From the NCBI GenBank assembly GCA_964016885.1, contig OZ024744.1:47306001-47370000 (forward strand): 64,000 nucleotides of DNA. Direction: 5' to 3'. Made by a program: the position numbers and the translations under genes. Positions 12,201 to 25,000 of this stretch are shown here, piece after piece. Position 1 is the first letter of the stretch. Each line of letters opens with the position of its first letter. This DNA is from Eledone cirrhosa (Eukaryota). Under the pieces are notes generated by a model, which saw only the letters and a program-made list of their open reading frames with translations, was not told the DNA's origin and made no database searches.

Positions 12201-15200
12201 CACACGTCCACTTTACAGTTTGGGCTGGGTGCTTTTTGCTGTGTCTTTCACATGTCCACTTTACAGTGTGGGCTGGGTGCTTTTTGCTGTGTCTTTCACA
12301 TGTCCACTTTACAGTGTGGGCTGGGTGCTTTTTGCTGTGTCTTTCACATGTCCACTTTACAGTGTGGGCTGGGTCCTTTTTGCTGTGTCCTTCACATGTC
12401 CACTTTACAATGTGGGCTGGGTGCTTTTTGCTGTGTCTTTCACATGTCCACTCTATAGTGTGGGCTGGGTGCTTTTTGCAGTGTCTTTCACACGTCCACT
12501 TTACAGTGTGGGCTGGGTGCTTATTGCTGTGTCTTTCACATGTCCACTTTACAATGTGGGCTGGGTGCTTTTTGCTGTGTCTTTCACATGTCCACTTTAC
12601 AGTGTGGGGTGTGTGATTCTTGCAGTGTCTTTCACACGTCCACTTTACAGTGTGGGCTGGGTGCTTTTTGCTGTGTCTTTCACATGTCCACTTTACAGTG
12701 TGGGCTGGGTGCTTTTTGCTGTGTCTTTCACATATCCACTTTACAGTGTGGGCTGGGTGCTTTTTGCTGAGTCTTTCACACGTCCACTTTACAGTGTGGG
12801 CTGGGTGCTTTTTGCTGTGTCTTTCACACGCCCACTTTACAGTGTGGGCTGGGTGCTTTTTGCTGTGTCTTTCACATGTCCACTTTACAATGTGGGCTGG
12901 GTGCTTTTTGCTGTGTCTTTCACATGTCCACTTTACAGTGTGGGCTGGATGCTTCTTGCAGTGTCTTTCACACGTCCACTTTACAGTGTGGGCTGGGTGC
13001 TTTTTGCTGTGTCTTTCACATGTCCACTTTATAGTGTGGGCTGGGTGCTTTTTGCAGTGTCTTTCACACGTCCATTTACAGTGTGGGCTGGGTGCTTTTT
13101 GCTGTGTCTTTCATATGTCCACTTTACAATGTGGGCCGGGTGCTTTTTGCTGTGTCTTTCACATGTCCACTTTACAATGTGGGCTGTGTGCTTCTTGCAG
13201 TGTCTTTCACACGTCCACTTTACAGTGTGGGCTGGGTGCTTTTTGCTGTGTCTTTCACATGTCCACTTTACAGTGTGGGCTGGGTGCTTTTTGCTGTGTC
13301 TTTCACATGTCCACTTTACAGTGTGGGCTGGGTGCTTTTTGCTGTGTCTTTCACATGTCCATTTTACAATGTGAGCTGGGTGCTTTTTGCTGTGTCTTTC
13401 ACATGTCCACTTTACAGTGTGGGCTGGGTGCTTGTTGCTGTGTCTTTCTCACGTCCACTTTACAGTGTGGGCTGGGTGCTTTTTGCTGTGTCTTTCACAT
13501 GTCCACTTTACAGTGCGGGCTAGGTGCTTTTTTCAGTGTCTTTCACACGTCCACTTTACATTGTGGGCTGGGTGCTTGTTGCTGTGTCTTTCTCACGTCC
13601 ACTTTACAGTGTGGGCTGGGTGCTTTTTGTTGTGTCTTTCACATGTCCACTTTACAGTGTGGGCTGGGTGCTTTTTTCAGTGTCTTTCACATGTCCACTT
13701 TACAGTGTGGGCTGGGCGCTTTTTGCAGTGTCTTTCAAACGTCAACTTTACAGTGTGGGCTGGGTGCTTTTTACTGTGTCTTTCACACGTCCACTTTACA
13801 GTGTGGGCTGGGTGCTTTTTGCTGTGTCTTTCACACGTCCACTTTACAGTGTGGGCTGGGTGCTTTTTGCTGTGTCTTTCACATGTCCACTTTACAATGT
13901 GGGCTGGGTGCTTTTTGCTGTGTCTTTCACATGTCCACTTTACAGTGTGGGCTGGGTGCTTTTTGCTGTGTCTTTCACATGTCCATTTTACAATGTGAGC
14001 TGTGTGCTTTTTGCTGTGTCTTTCACATGTCCACTTTACAGTGTGGGCTGGGTGCTTGTTGCTGTGTCTTTCTCACGTCCACTTTACAGTGTGGGCTGGG
14101 TGCTTTTTGCTGTGTCTTTCACATGTCCACTTTACAGTGCGGGCTAGGTGCTTTTTTCAGTGTCTTTCACACGTCCACTTTACATTGTGGGCTGGGTGCT
14201 TGTTGCTGTGTCTTTCTCACGTCCACTTTACAGTGTGGGCTGGGTGCTTTTTGCTGTGTCTTTCACATGTCCACTTTACAGTGTGGGCTGGGTGCTTTTT
14301 TCAGTGTCTTTCACATGTCCACTTTACAGTGTGGGCTGGGCGCTTTTTGCTGTGTCTTTTCACATGTCCACTTTACAATGTGGGCTGGGTGCTTTTTGCT
14401 GTGTCTTTCACATGTCCACTTTACAGTGTGGGCTGGGTGCTTTTTGCTGTGTCTTTCACATGTCCACTTCACAGTGTGGGCTGGGTGCTTTTTGCTGTGT
14501 CTTTCACATGTCCACTTTACAGTGTGGGCTGGTTGCTTTTTGCTGTGTCTTTCACATGTCCACTTTACAGTGTGGGCTGTGTGCTTTTTGCTGTGTCTTT
14601 CACATGTCCACTTTACAGTGTGGGCTGGGTGCTTTTTGCTGTGTCTTTCACATGTCCACTTTACAATGTGGGCTGGGTGCTTTTTGCTGTGTCTTTCACA
14701 TGTCCACTTTACAATGTGGGCTGGGTGCTTTTTGCTGTGTCTTTCACATGTCCACTTTACAGTGTGGGCTGGGTGCTTTTTGCTGTGTCTTTCACATGTC
14801 CACTTCACAGTGTGGACTGGGTACTTTTTGCTGTGTCTTTCACACGTCCACTTTACATTGTGGGCTGGGTGCTTGTTGCTGTGTCTTTCTCACGTCCACT
14901 TTACAGTGTGGGCTGGGTGCTTTTTGCTGTGTCTTTCACATGTCCACTTTACAGTGTGGGCTGGGTGCTTTTTTCAGTGTCTTTCACATGTCCACTTTAC
15001 AGTGTGGGCTGGGCGCTTTTTGCTGTGTCTTTTCACATGTCCACTTTACAATGTGGGCTGGGTGCTTTTTGCTGTGTCTTTCACATGTCCACTTTACAGT
15101 GTGGGCTGGGTGCTTTTTGCTGTGTCTTTCACATGTCCACTTCACAGTGTGGGCTGGGTGCTTTTTGCTGTGTCTTTCACATGTCCACTTTACAGTGTGG

Positions 15201-16130
15201 GCTGGTTGCTTTTTGCTGTGTCTTTCACATGTCCACTTTACAGTGTGGGCTGTGTGCTTTTTGCTGTGTCTTTCACATGTCCACTTTACAGTGTGGGCTG
15301 GGTGCTTTTTGCTGTGTCTTTCACATGTCCACTTTACAATGTGGGCTGGGTGCTTTTTGCTGTGTCTTTCACATGTCCACTTTACAATGTGGGCTGGGTG
15401 CTTTTTGCTGTGTCTTTCACATGTCCACTTTACAGTGTGGGCTGGGTGCTTTTTGCTGTGTCTTTCACATGTCCACTTCACAGTGTGGACTGGGTACTTT
15501 TTGCTGTGTCTTTCACACGTCCACTTTACAGTTTGGGCTGGGTGCTTTTTGCTGTGTCTTTCACATGTCCACTTTACAGTGTGGGCTGGGTGCTTTTTGC
15601 TGTGTCTTTCACATGTCCACTTTACAGTGTGGGCTGGGTGCTTTTTGCTGTGTCTTTCACATGTCCACTTTACAGTGTGGGCTGGGTCCTTTTTGCTGTG
15701 TCTTTCACATGTCCACTTTACAATGTGGGCTGGGTGCTTTTTGCTGTGTCTTTCACATGTCCACTCTATAGTGTGGGCTGGGTGCTTTTTGCAGTGTCTT
15801 TCACACGTCCACTTTACAGTGTGGGCTGGGTGCTTATTGCTGTGTCTTTCACATGTCCACTTTACAATGTGGGCTGGGTGCTTTTTGCTGTGTCTTTCAC
15901 ATGTCCACTTTACAGTGTGGGGTGTGTGATTCTTGCAGTGTCTTTCACACGTCCACTTTACAGTGTGGGCTGGGTGCTTTTTGCTGTGTCTTTCACATGT
16001 CCACTTTACAGTGTGGGCTGGGTGCTTTTTGCTGTGTCTTTCACATATCCACTTTACAGTGTGGGCTGGGTGCTTTTTGCTGAGTCTTTCACACGTCCAC
16101 TTTACAGTGTGGGCTGGGTGCTTTTTGCTG
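9230..16130. repeat. Cluster of nested duplications marked by a 49-bp monomer (GGGCGC...GTCTTTTCAC), offsets 481, 673, 1,633, 2,114 and 2,640 bp
   Basis: The same +1 T insertion, linked to a GGGCG variant, occurs at 9603, 11236, 11717, 14357 and 15030. Identical 165-aa minus-strand ORF translations start at 9557, 11671, 14311 and 14984. Confidence 0.9.
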
Positions 16131-16449
16131 TGTCTTTCACATGTCCACTTTACAATGTGGGCTGGGTGCTTTTTGCTGTGTCTTTCACATGTCCACTCTA
16201 TAGTGTGGGCTGGGTGCTTTTTGCAGTGTCTTTCACACGTCCACTTTACAGTGTGGGCTGGGTGCTTTTTGCTGTGTCTTTCACATGTCCACTTTACAAT
16301 GTGGGCTGGGTGCTTTTTGCTGTGTCTTTCACATATCCACTTTACAGTGTGGGGTGTGTGCTTCTTGCAGTGTCTTTCACACGTCCACTTTACAGTGTGG
16401 GCTGGGTGCTTTTTGCTGTGTCTTTCACGTGTCCACTTTACAGTGTGGG

Positions 16450-19400
16450 CTGGGTGCTTTTTGCTGTGTCTTTCACATATCCACTTTACAGTGTGGGCTG
16501 GGTGCTTTTTGCTGAGTCTTTCACACGTCCACTTTACAGTGTGGGCAGGGTGCTTTTTGCTGTGTCATTCACACGTCCACTTTACAGTGTGGGCTGGGTG
16601 CTTTTTGCTGTGTCTTTCACATGTCCACTTTACAATGTGGGCTGGGTGCTTTTTGCTGTGTCTTTCACATGTCCACTTTACAGTGTGGGCTGGATGCTTC
16701 TTGCAGTGTCTTTCACACGTCCACTTTACAGTGTGGGCTGGGTGCTTTTTGCTGTGTCTTTCATATGTCCACTTTACAGTGTGGGCTGGGTGCTTTTTGC
16801 TGTGTCTTTCACATGTCCACTTTATAGTGTGGGCTGGGTGTTTTTTGCAGTGTCTTTCACACGTCCACTTTACAGTGTGGGCTGGGTGCTTTTTGCTGTG
16901 TCTTTCACATGTCCACTTTACAATGTGGGCTGGGTGCTTTTTGCTGTGTCTTTCACATGTCCACTTTACAATGTGGGCTGTGTGCTTCTTGCAGTGTCTT
17001 TCACACGTCCACTTTACAGTGTGGGCTGGGTGCTTTTTGCTGTGTCTTTCACATGTCCACTTTACAGTGTGTGCTGGGTGCTTTTTGCTGTGTCTTTCAC
17101 ATGTCCACTTTACAGTGTGGGCTGGGTGCTTTTTGCTGTGTCTTTCACATGTCCATTTTACAATGTGAGCTGGGTGCTTTTTGCTGTGTCTTTCACATGT
17201 CCACTTTACAGTGTGGGCTGGGTGCTTGTTGCTGTGTCTTTCTCACGTCCACTTTACAGTGTGGGCTGGGTGCTTTTTGCTGTGTCTTTCACATGTCCAC
17301 TTTACAGTGTGGGCTGGGTGCTTTTTTCAGTGTCTTTCACATGTCCACTTTACAGTGTGGGCTGGGCGGTTTTTGCAGTGTCTTTCAAACGTCAACTTTA
17401 CAGTGTGGGCTGGGTGCTTTTTACTGTGTCTTTCACATGTCCACTTTACAGTGTGGGCTGTGTGCTTGTGGCTGTGTCTTTCTCACGTCCACTTTACAGT
17501 GTGGGCTGGGTGCTTTTTGCTGTGTCTTTCACATGTCCACTTTACAGTGTGGGCTGGGTGCTTTTTTCAGTGTCTTTCACACGTCCACTTTACAGTGTGG
17601 GCTGGGTGCTTTTTGTTGTGTATTTCTCACGTCCACTTTACAGTGTGGGCTGGGTGCTTTTTGCTGTGTCTTTCACATGTCCACTTTACAGTGTGGGCTG
17701 GGTGCTTTTTTCAGTGTCTTTCACCCGTCCACTTTACAGTGTGGGCTGGGTGCTTGTTGCTGTGTCTTTCTCACGTCCACTTTACAGTGTGGGCTGGGTG
17801 CTTTTTGCTGTGTCTTTCACATGTCCACTTTACAGTGTGGGCTGGGTGCTTTTTTCAGTGTCTTTCACATGTCCACTTTTCAGTGTGGGCTGGGTGCTTT
17901 TTGATGTGTCTTTCACATGTCCACTTAATAGTGTGGGCTGGGTGCTTTTTGCTGTGTCTTTCACATGTCCACTTTACAATGTGGGCTGGGTGCTTTTTGC
18001 TGTGTCTTTCACATGTCCACTTTACAGTGTGGGCTGGGTGCTTTTTGCTGTGTCTTTCACATGTCCACTTTACAGTGTGGGCTGGGTGCTTTTTGCTGTG
18101 TCTTTCACATGTCCACTTTACAGTGTGGGCTGGGTGCTTTTTGCTGTGTCTTTCACATGTCCACTTTACAGTGTGGGCTGGGTGCTTTTTGCTGTGTCTT
18201 TCACATGTCCACTTTACAGTGTGGGCTGGGTGCTTTTTGCTGTGTCTTTCACATGTCCACTTTACAATGTGGGCTGGGTGCTTTTTGCTGTGTCTTTCAC
18301 ATGTCCACTTTACAATGTGGGCTGGGTGCTTTTTGCTGTGTCTTTCACATGTCCACTTTACAGTGTGGGCTGGGTGCTTTTTGCTGTGTCTTTCACATGT
18401 CCACTTTACAGTGTGGGCTGGGTGCTTTTTGCTGTGTCTTTCACATGTCCACTTTACAGTGTGGGCTGGGTGCTTTTTGCAATGTCTTTCACACGTCCAC
18501 TTTTCAGTATGGGCTGGGTGCTTTTTGCTGTGTCTTTCACATCATGTCCACTTTACAGTGTGGGCTGTGTGCTTTTTGCAGTGTCTTTCACACGTCAACT
18601 TTACAGTGTGGGCTGGGTGCTTTTTGCTGTGTCTTTCACATGTCCACTTTACAGTGTGGGCTGTGTGCTTTTTGCAGTGTCTTTCACACGTCAACTATAC
18701 AGTGTGGGCTGGGTGCTTTTTGCAGTGTCTTTCACACGTCCACTTTACAGTGTGGGCTGGGTGCTTTTTGCTGTGTCTTTCACATGTCCACTTTACAATG
18801 TGGGCTGGGTGCTTTTTGCTGTGTCTTTCACATATCCACTTTACAGTGTGGGGTGTGTGCTTCTTGCAGTGTCTTTCACACGTCCACTTTACAGTGTGGG
18901 CTGGGTGCTTTTTGCTGTGTCTTTCACATGTCCACTTTACAGTGTGGGCTGGGTGCTTTTTGCTGTGTCTTTCACATGTCCACTTTACAGTGTGGGCTGG
19001 GTGCTTTTTGCTGAGTCTTTCACACGTCCACTTTACAGTGTGGGCTGGGTGCTTTTTGCTGTGTCTTTCACACGTCCAGTTTACAGTGTGGGCTGGGTGC
19101 TTTTTGCTGTGTCTTTCACATGTCCACTTTACAATGTGGGCTGGGTGCTTTTTGCTGTGTCTTTCACATGTCCACTTTACAGTGTGGGCTGGATGCTTCT
19201 TGCAGTGTCTTTCACACGTCCACTTTACAGTGTGGGCTGGGTGCTTTTTTCAGTGTCTTTCACATGTCCACTTTTCAGTGTGGGCTGGGTGCTTTTTGAT
19301 GTGTCTTTCACATGTCCACTTAATAGTGTGGGCTGGGTGCTTTTTGCTGTGTCTTTCACATGTCCACTTTACAATGTGGGCTGGGTGCTTTTTGCTGTGT

Positions 19401-22030
19401 CTTTCACATGTCCACTTTACAGTGTGGGCTGGGTGCTTTTTGCTGTGTCTTTCATATGTCCACTTTACAGTGTGGGCTGGGTGCTTTTTGCTGTGTCTTT
19501 CACATGTCCACTTTATAGTGTGGGCTGGGTGTTTTTTGCAGTGTCTTTCACACGTCCACTTTACAGTGTGGGCTGGGTGCTTTTTGCTGTGTCTTTCACA
19601 TGTCCACTTTACAATGTGGGCTGGGTGCTTTTTGCTGTGTCTTTCACATGTCCACTTTACAATGTGGGCTGTGTGCTTCTTGCAGTGTCTTTCACACGTC
19701 CACTTTACAGTGTGGGCTGGGTGCTTTTTGCTGTGTCTTTCACATGTCCACTTTACAGTGTGTGCTGGGTGCTTTTTGCTGTGTCTTTCACATGTCCACT
19801 TTACAGTGTGGGCTGGGTGCTTTTTGCTGTGTCTTTCACATGTCCACTTCACAGTGTGGGCTGGGTGCTTTTTGCTGTGTCTTTCACATGTCCACTTTAC
19901 AGTGTGGGCTGGGTGCTTTTTGCTGTGTCTTTCACATGTCCACTTTACAGTGTGGGCTGGGCGCTTTTTGCAGTGTCTTTCAAACGTTAACTTTACAGTG
20001 TGGGCTGGGTGCTTTTTACTGTGTCTTTCACATGTCCACTTTACAGTGTGGGCTGTGTGCTTGTTGCTGTGTCTTTCTCACGTCCACTTTACAGTGTGGG
20101 CTGGGTGCTTTTTGCTGTGTCTTTCACATGTCCACTTTACAGTGTGGGCTGGGTGCTTTTTTCAGTGTCTTTCACACGTCCCCTTTACAGTGTGGGCTGG
20201 GTGCTTTTTGTTGTGTATTTCTCACGTCCACTTTACAGTGTGGGCTGGGTGCTTTTTGCTGTGTCTTTCACATGTCCACTTTACAGTGTGGGCTGCGTGC
20301 TTTTTTCAGTGTCTTTCACATGTCCACTTTTCAGTGTGGGCTGGGTGCTTTTTGCTGTGTCTTTCACATGTCCACTTAATAGTGTGGGCTGGGTGCTTTT
20401 TGCTGTGTCTTTCACATGTCCACTTCACAGTGTGGGCTGGGTGCTTTTTGCTGTGTCTTTCTCACGTCCACTTTACAGTGTGGGCTGGGTGCTTTTTGCT
20501 GTGTCTTTCACATATCCACTTTACAGTGTGGGCTGGGTGCTTTTTGCTGAGTCTTTCACACGTCCACTTTACAGTGTGGGCAGGGTGCTTTTTGCTGTGT
20601 CTTTCACACGTCCACTTTACAGTGTGGGCTGGGTGCTTTTTGCTGTGTCTTTCACATGTCCACTTTACAATGTGGGCTGGGTGCTTTTTGCTGTGTCTTT
20701 CACATGTCCACTTTACAGTGTGGGCTGGATGCTTCTTGCAGTGTCTTTCACACGTCCACTTTACAGTGTGGGCTGGGTGCTTTTTGCTGTGTCTTTCATA
20801 TGTCCACTTTACAGTGTGGGCTGGGTGCTTTTTGCTGTGTCTTTCACATGTCCACTTTATAGTGTGGGCTGGGTGTTTTTTGCAGTGTCTTTCACACGTC
20901 CACTTTACAGTGTGGGCTGGGTGCTTTTTGCTGTGTCTTTCACATGTCCACTTTACAATGTGGGCTGGGTGCTTTTTGCTGTGTCTTTCACATGTCCACT
21001 TTACAATGTGGGCTGTGTGCTTCTTGCAGTGTCTTTCACACGTCCACTTTACAGTGTGGGCTGGGTGCTTTTTGCTGTGTCTTTCACATGTCCACTTTAC
21101 AGTGTGTGCTGGATGCTTTTTGCTGTGTCTTTCACATGTCCACTTTACAGTGTGGGCTGGGTGCTTTTTGCTGTGTCTTTCACATGTCCATTTTACAATG
21201 TGAGCTGGGTGCTTTTTGCTGTGTCTTTCACATGTCCACTTTACAGTGTGGGCTGGGTGCTTGTTGCTGTGTCTTTCTCACGTCCACTTTACAGTGTGGG
21301 CTGGGTGCTTTTTGCTGTGTCTTTCACATGTCCACTTTACAGTGTGGGCTGGGTGCTTTTTTCAGTGTCTTTCACATGTCCACTTTACAGTGTGGGCTGG
21401 GCGGTTTTTGCAGTGTCTTTCAAACGTCAACTTTACAGTGTGGGCTGGGTGCTTTTTACTGTGTCTTTCACATGTCCACTTTACAGTGTGGGCTGTGTGC
21501 TTGTGGCTGTGTCTTTCTCACGTCCACTTTACAGTGTGGGCTGGGTGCTTTTTGCTGTGTCTTTCACATGTCCACTTTACAGTGTGGGCTGGGTGCTTTT
21601 TTCAGTGTCTTTCACACGTCCACTTTACAGTGTGGGCTGGGTGCTTTTTGTTGTGTATTTCTCACGTCCACTTTACAGTGTGGGCTGGGTGCTTTTTGCT
21701 GTGTCTTTCACATGTCCACTTTACAGTGTGGGCTGGGTGCTTTTTTCAGTGTCTTTCACCCGTCCACTTTACAGTGTGGGCTGGGTGCTTGTTGCTGTGT
21801 CTTTCTCACGTCCACTTTACAGTGTGGGCTGGGTGCTTTTTGCTGTGTCTTTCACATATCCACTTTACAGTGTGGGCTGGGTGCTTTTTTCAGTGTCTTT
21901 CACATGTCCACTTTTCAGTGTGGGCTGGGTGCTTTTTGATGTGTCTTTCACATGTCCACTTAATATTGTGGGCTGGGTGCTTTTTGCTGTGTCTTTCACA
22001 TGTCCACTTTACAATGTGGGCTGGGTGCTT
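16450..22030. repeat. Duplicated block: about 16450-17990 and about 20490-22030 (offset 4,035 = 84 monomers + 3 nt)
   Basis: ORFs 16909..17904 and 20944..21939 are near-identical. Private variants are shared (GGGCGGTTTTT, CTTGTGG, TCACCCG, TTTGATG, CTTAATA). The extra 3 nt is the CAT duplication at ~18541. Confidence 0.88.
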
Positions 22031-22049
22031 TTTGCTGTGTCTTTCACAT

Positions 22050-25000
22050 GTCCACTTTACAGTGTGGGCTGGGTGCTTTTTGCTGTGTCTTTCACATGTC
22101 CACTTTACAATGTGGGCTGGGTGCTTTTTGCTGTGTCTTTCACATCTCCACTTTACAGTGTGGGCTGGGTGCTTCTTGCAGTGTCTTTCACACGTCCACT
22201 TTACAGTGTGGGCTGGGTGCTTATTGCTGTGTCTTTCACATGTCCACTATACAGTGTGGGCTGGGTGCTTTTTGCTGTGTCTTTCACATGTCCACTTTAT
22301 AGTGTGTGCTGGGTGCTTTTTGCAGTGTCTTTCACACGTCCACTCTACAGTGTGGGCTGGGTGCTTTTTGCTGTGTCTTTCACGTGTCCACTTTACAATG
22401 TGGGCTGGGTACTTTTTGCTGTGTCTTTCACATGTCCACTTTACAGTGTGGGCTGGGTGCTTTTTGCTGTGTCTTTCACATGGCCACTTTACAGTGTGGG
22501 CTGGGTGCTTTTTGCTGTGTCTTTCACATATCCACTTTACAATGTGAGCTGGGTGCTTTTTGCTGTGTCTTTCACATGTCCACTTTACAGTGTGGGCTGG
22601 GTGCTTGTTGCTGTGTCTTTCTCACGTCCACTTTACAGTGTGGGCTGGGTGCTTTTTGCTGTGTCTTTCACATGTCCACTTTACAGTGTGGGCTAGGTGC
22701 TTTTTTCAGTGTCTTTCACACGTCCACTTTACATTGTGGGCTGGGTGCTTGTTGCTGTGTCTTTCTCACGTCCACTTTACAGTGAGGGCTGGGTGCTTTT
22801 TGCTGTGTCTTTCACATGTCCACTTTACAGTGTGGGCTGGGTGCTTTTTTCAGTGTCTTTCACATGTCCACTTTACAGTGTGGGCTGGGCGCTTTTTGAA
22901 GTGTCTTTCAAACGTCAACTTTACAGTGTGGGCTGGGTGCTTTTTACTGTGTCTTTCACATGTCCACTTTATAGTGTGGGCTGTGTGCTTGTTGCTGTGT
23001 CTTTCTTCCGTCCACTTTACAGTGTGGGCTGGGTGCTTGTTGCTGTGTCTTTCACATGTCCACTTTACAGTGTGGGCTGGGTGCTTTTTGCTGAGTCTTT
23101 CACACGTCCACTTTACAGTGTGGGCTGTGTGCTTTTTGCAGTGTCTTTCAAACGTCAACTTTACAGTGTGGGCTGGGTGCTTTTTGCTGTGTCTTTCACA
23201 TGTCCACTTTACAATGTGGGCTGGGTGCTTTTTGCTGTGTCTTTCACATGTCCACTTTACAGTGTGGGCTGGGTGCTTCTTGCAGTGTCTTTCACATGTC
23301 CACTTTACAGTGTGGGCTGGGTGCTTTTTGCTGTGTCTTTCACATGTCCACTTTACAGTGTGGGCTGGGTGCTTTTTGCTGTGCCTTTCACATGTCCACT
23401 TTATAGTGTGGGCTGGGTGCTTTTTGCAGTGTCTTTCACACGTCCACTTTACAGTTTGGGCTGGGTGCTTTTGCTGTGTCTTTCACATGTCCACTTTACA
23501 GTGTGGGCTGGGTGCTTTTGCTGTGTCTTTCACATGTCTACTTTACAATGTGGGCTGGGTGCTTTTTGCTGTGTCTTTCACATGTCCACTTTACAGTGTG
23601 GGCTGGGTGCTTCTTGCAGTGTCTTTCACATGTCCACTTTACAGTGTGGGCTGGGTGCTTTTTGCTGTGTCTTTCACATGTCCACTTTACAATGTGGGCT
23701 GGGTGCTTTTTGCTGTGTCTTTCACATGCCCACTTCACAGTGTGGGCTGGGTGCTTTTTGCTGTGTCTTTCACATGTCCACTTTACAATGTGGGCTGGGT
23801 GCTTTTTGCTGTGTCTTTCAAATGTCCACTTTACAATGTGGGCTGGGTGCTTTTTGCTGTGTCTTTCACATGTCCACTTTACAGTGTGGACTCGGTGCTT
23901 TTTGCTGTGTCTTTCACCTGTCCACTTTACAGTGTGGGCTGGGTGCTTTTTGCTGAGTCTTTCACATGTCCACTTTACAGTGTGGGCTGGGTGCTTTTTG
24001 CAGTGTCTTTCACACGTCCACTTTATAGTGTGGGCTGGGTTCTTTTTGCTGTGTCTTTCACATGTCCACTTTACAGTGTGGGCTGGGTGCTTTTTGCTGT
24101 GTCTTTCACATGTCCACTTTACAATGTGCGCCGGGTGCTTTTTGCTGTGTCTTTCACATGTCCACTTTACAGTGTCGGCTGGGTGCTTGTTGCTGTGTCT
24201 TTCTCACGTCCAAATTACAGTGTGGGCTGGGTGATTTTTGCTGTGTCTTTCACATGTACACTTTACAGTGTGGGCTGGGTGCTTTTTGCAGTGTCTTTCA
24301 CACGTCCACTTTACAGTGTGTGCTGGGTGCTTTTTGCTGTGTCTTTCACATGTCCACTTTACAGTGTGGGCTGGGTGCTTTTTGCTGTGTCTTTCACATA
24401 TCCACTTTACAGTGTGGGCTGGGTGCTTTTTGCTGAGTCTTTCACACGTCCACTTTACAGTGTGGGCTGGGTGCTTTTTGCTGTGTCTTTCACGCGTCCA
24501 CTTTACAGTGTGGGCAGGGTGCTTTTTGCTGTGTCTTTCACATGTCCACTTTACAATGTGGGCTGGGTGCTTTTTGCTGAGTCTTTCACATGTCCACTTT
24601 ACAGTGTGGGCTGGGTGCTTTTTGCAGTGTCTTTCACACGTCCACTTTATAGTGTGGGCTGGGTGATTTTTGCTGTGTCTTTCACATGTCCAATTTACAG
24701 TGTGGGCTGGGTGCTTTTTGCTGTGTCTTTCACATGTCCACTTTACAATGTGCGCCGGGTGCTTTTTGCTGTGTCTTTCACATGTCCACTTTACAGTGTC
24801 GGCTGGGTGCTTGTTGCTGTGTCTTTCTCACGTCCAAATTACAGTGTGGGCTGGGTGATTTTTGCTGTGTCTTTCACATGTACACTTTACAGTGTGGGCT
24901 GGGTGCTTTTTGCAGTTTCTTTCACACGTCCACTTTACAGTGTGTGCTGGGTGCTTTTTGCTGTGTCTTTCATATGTCCACTTTACAGTGTGGGCTGGTT

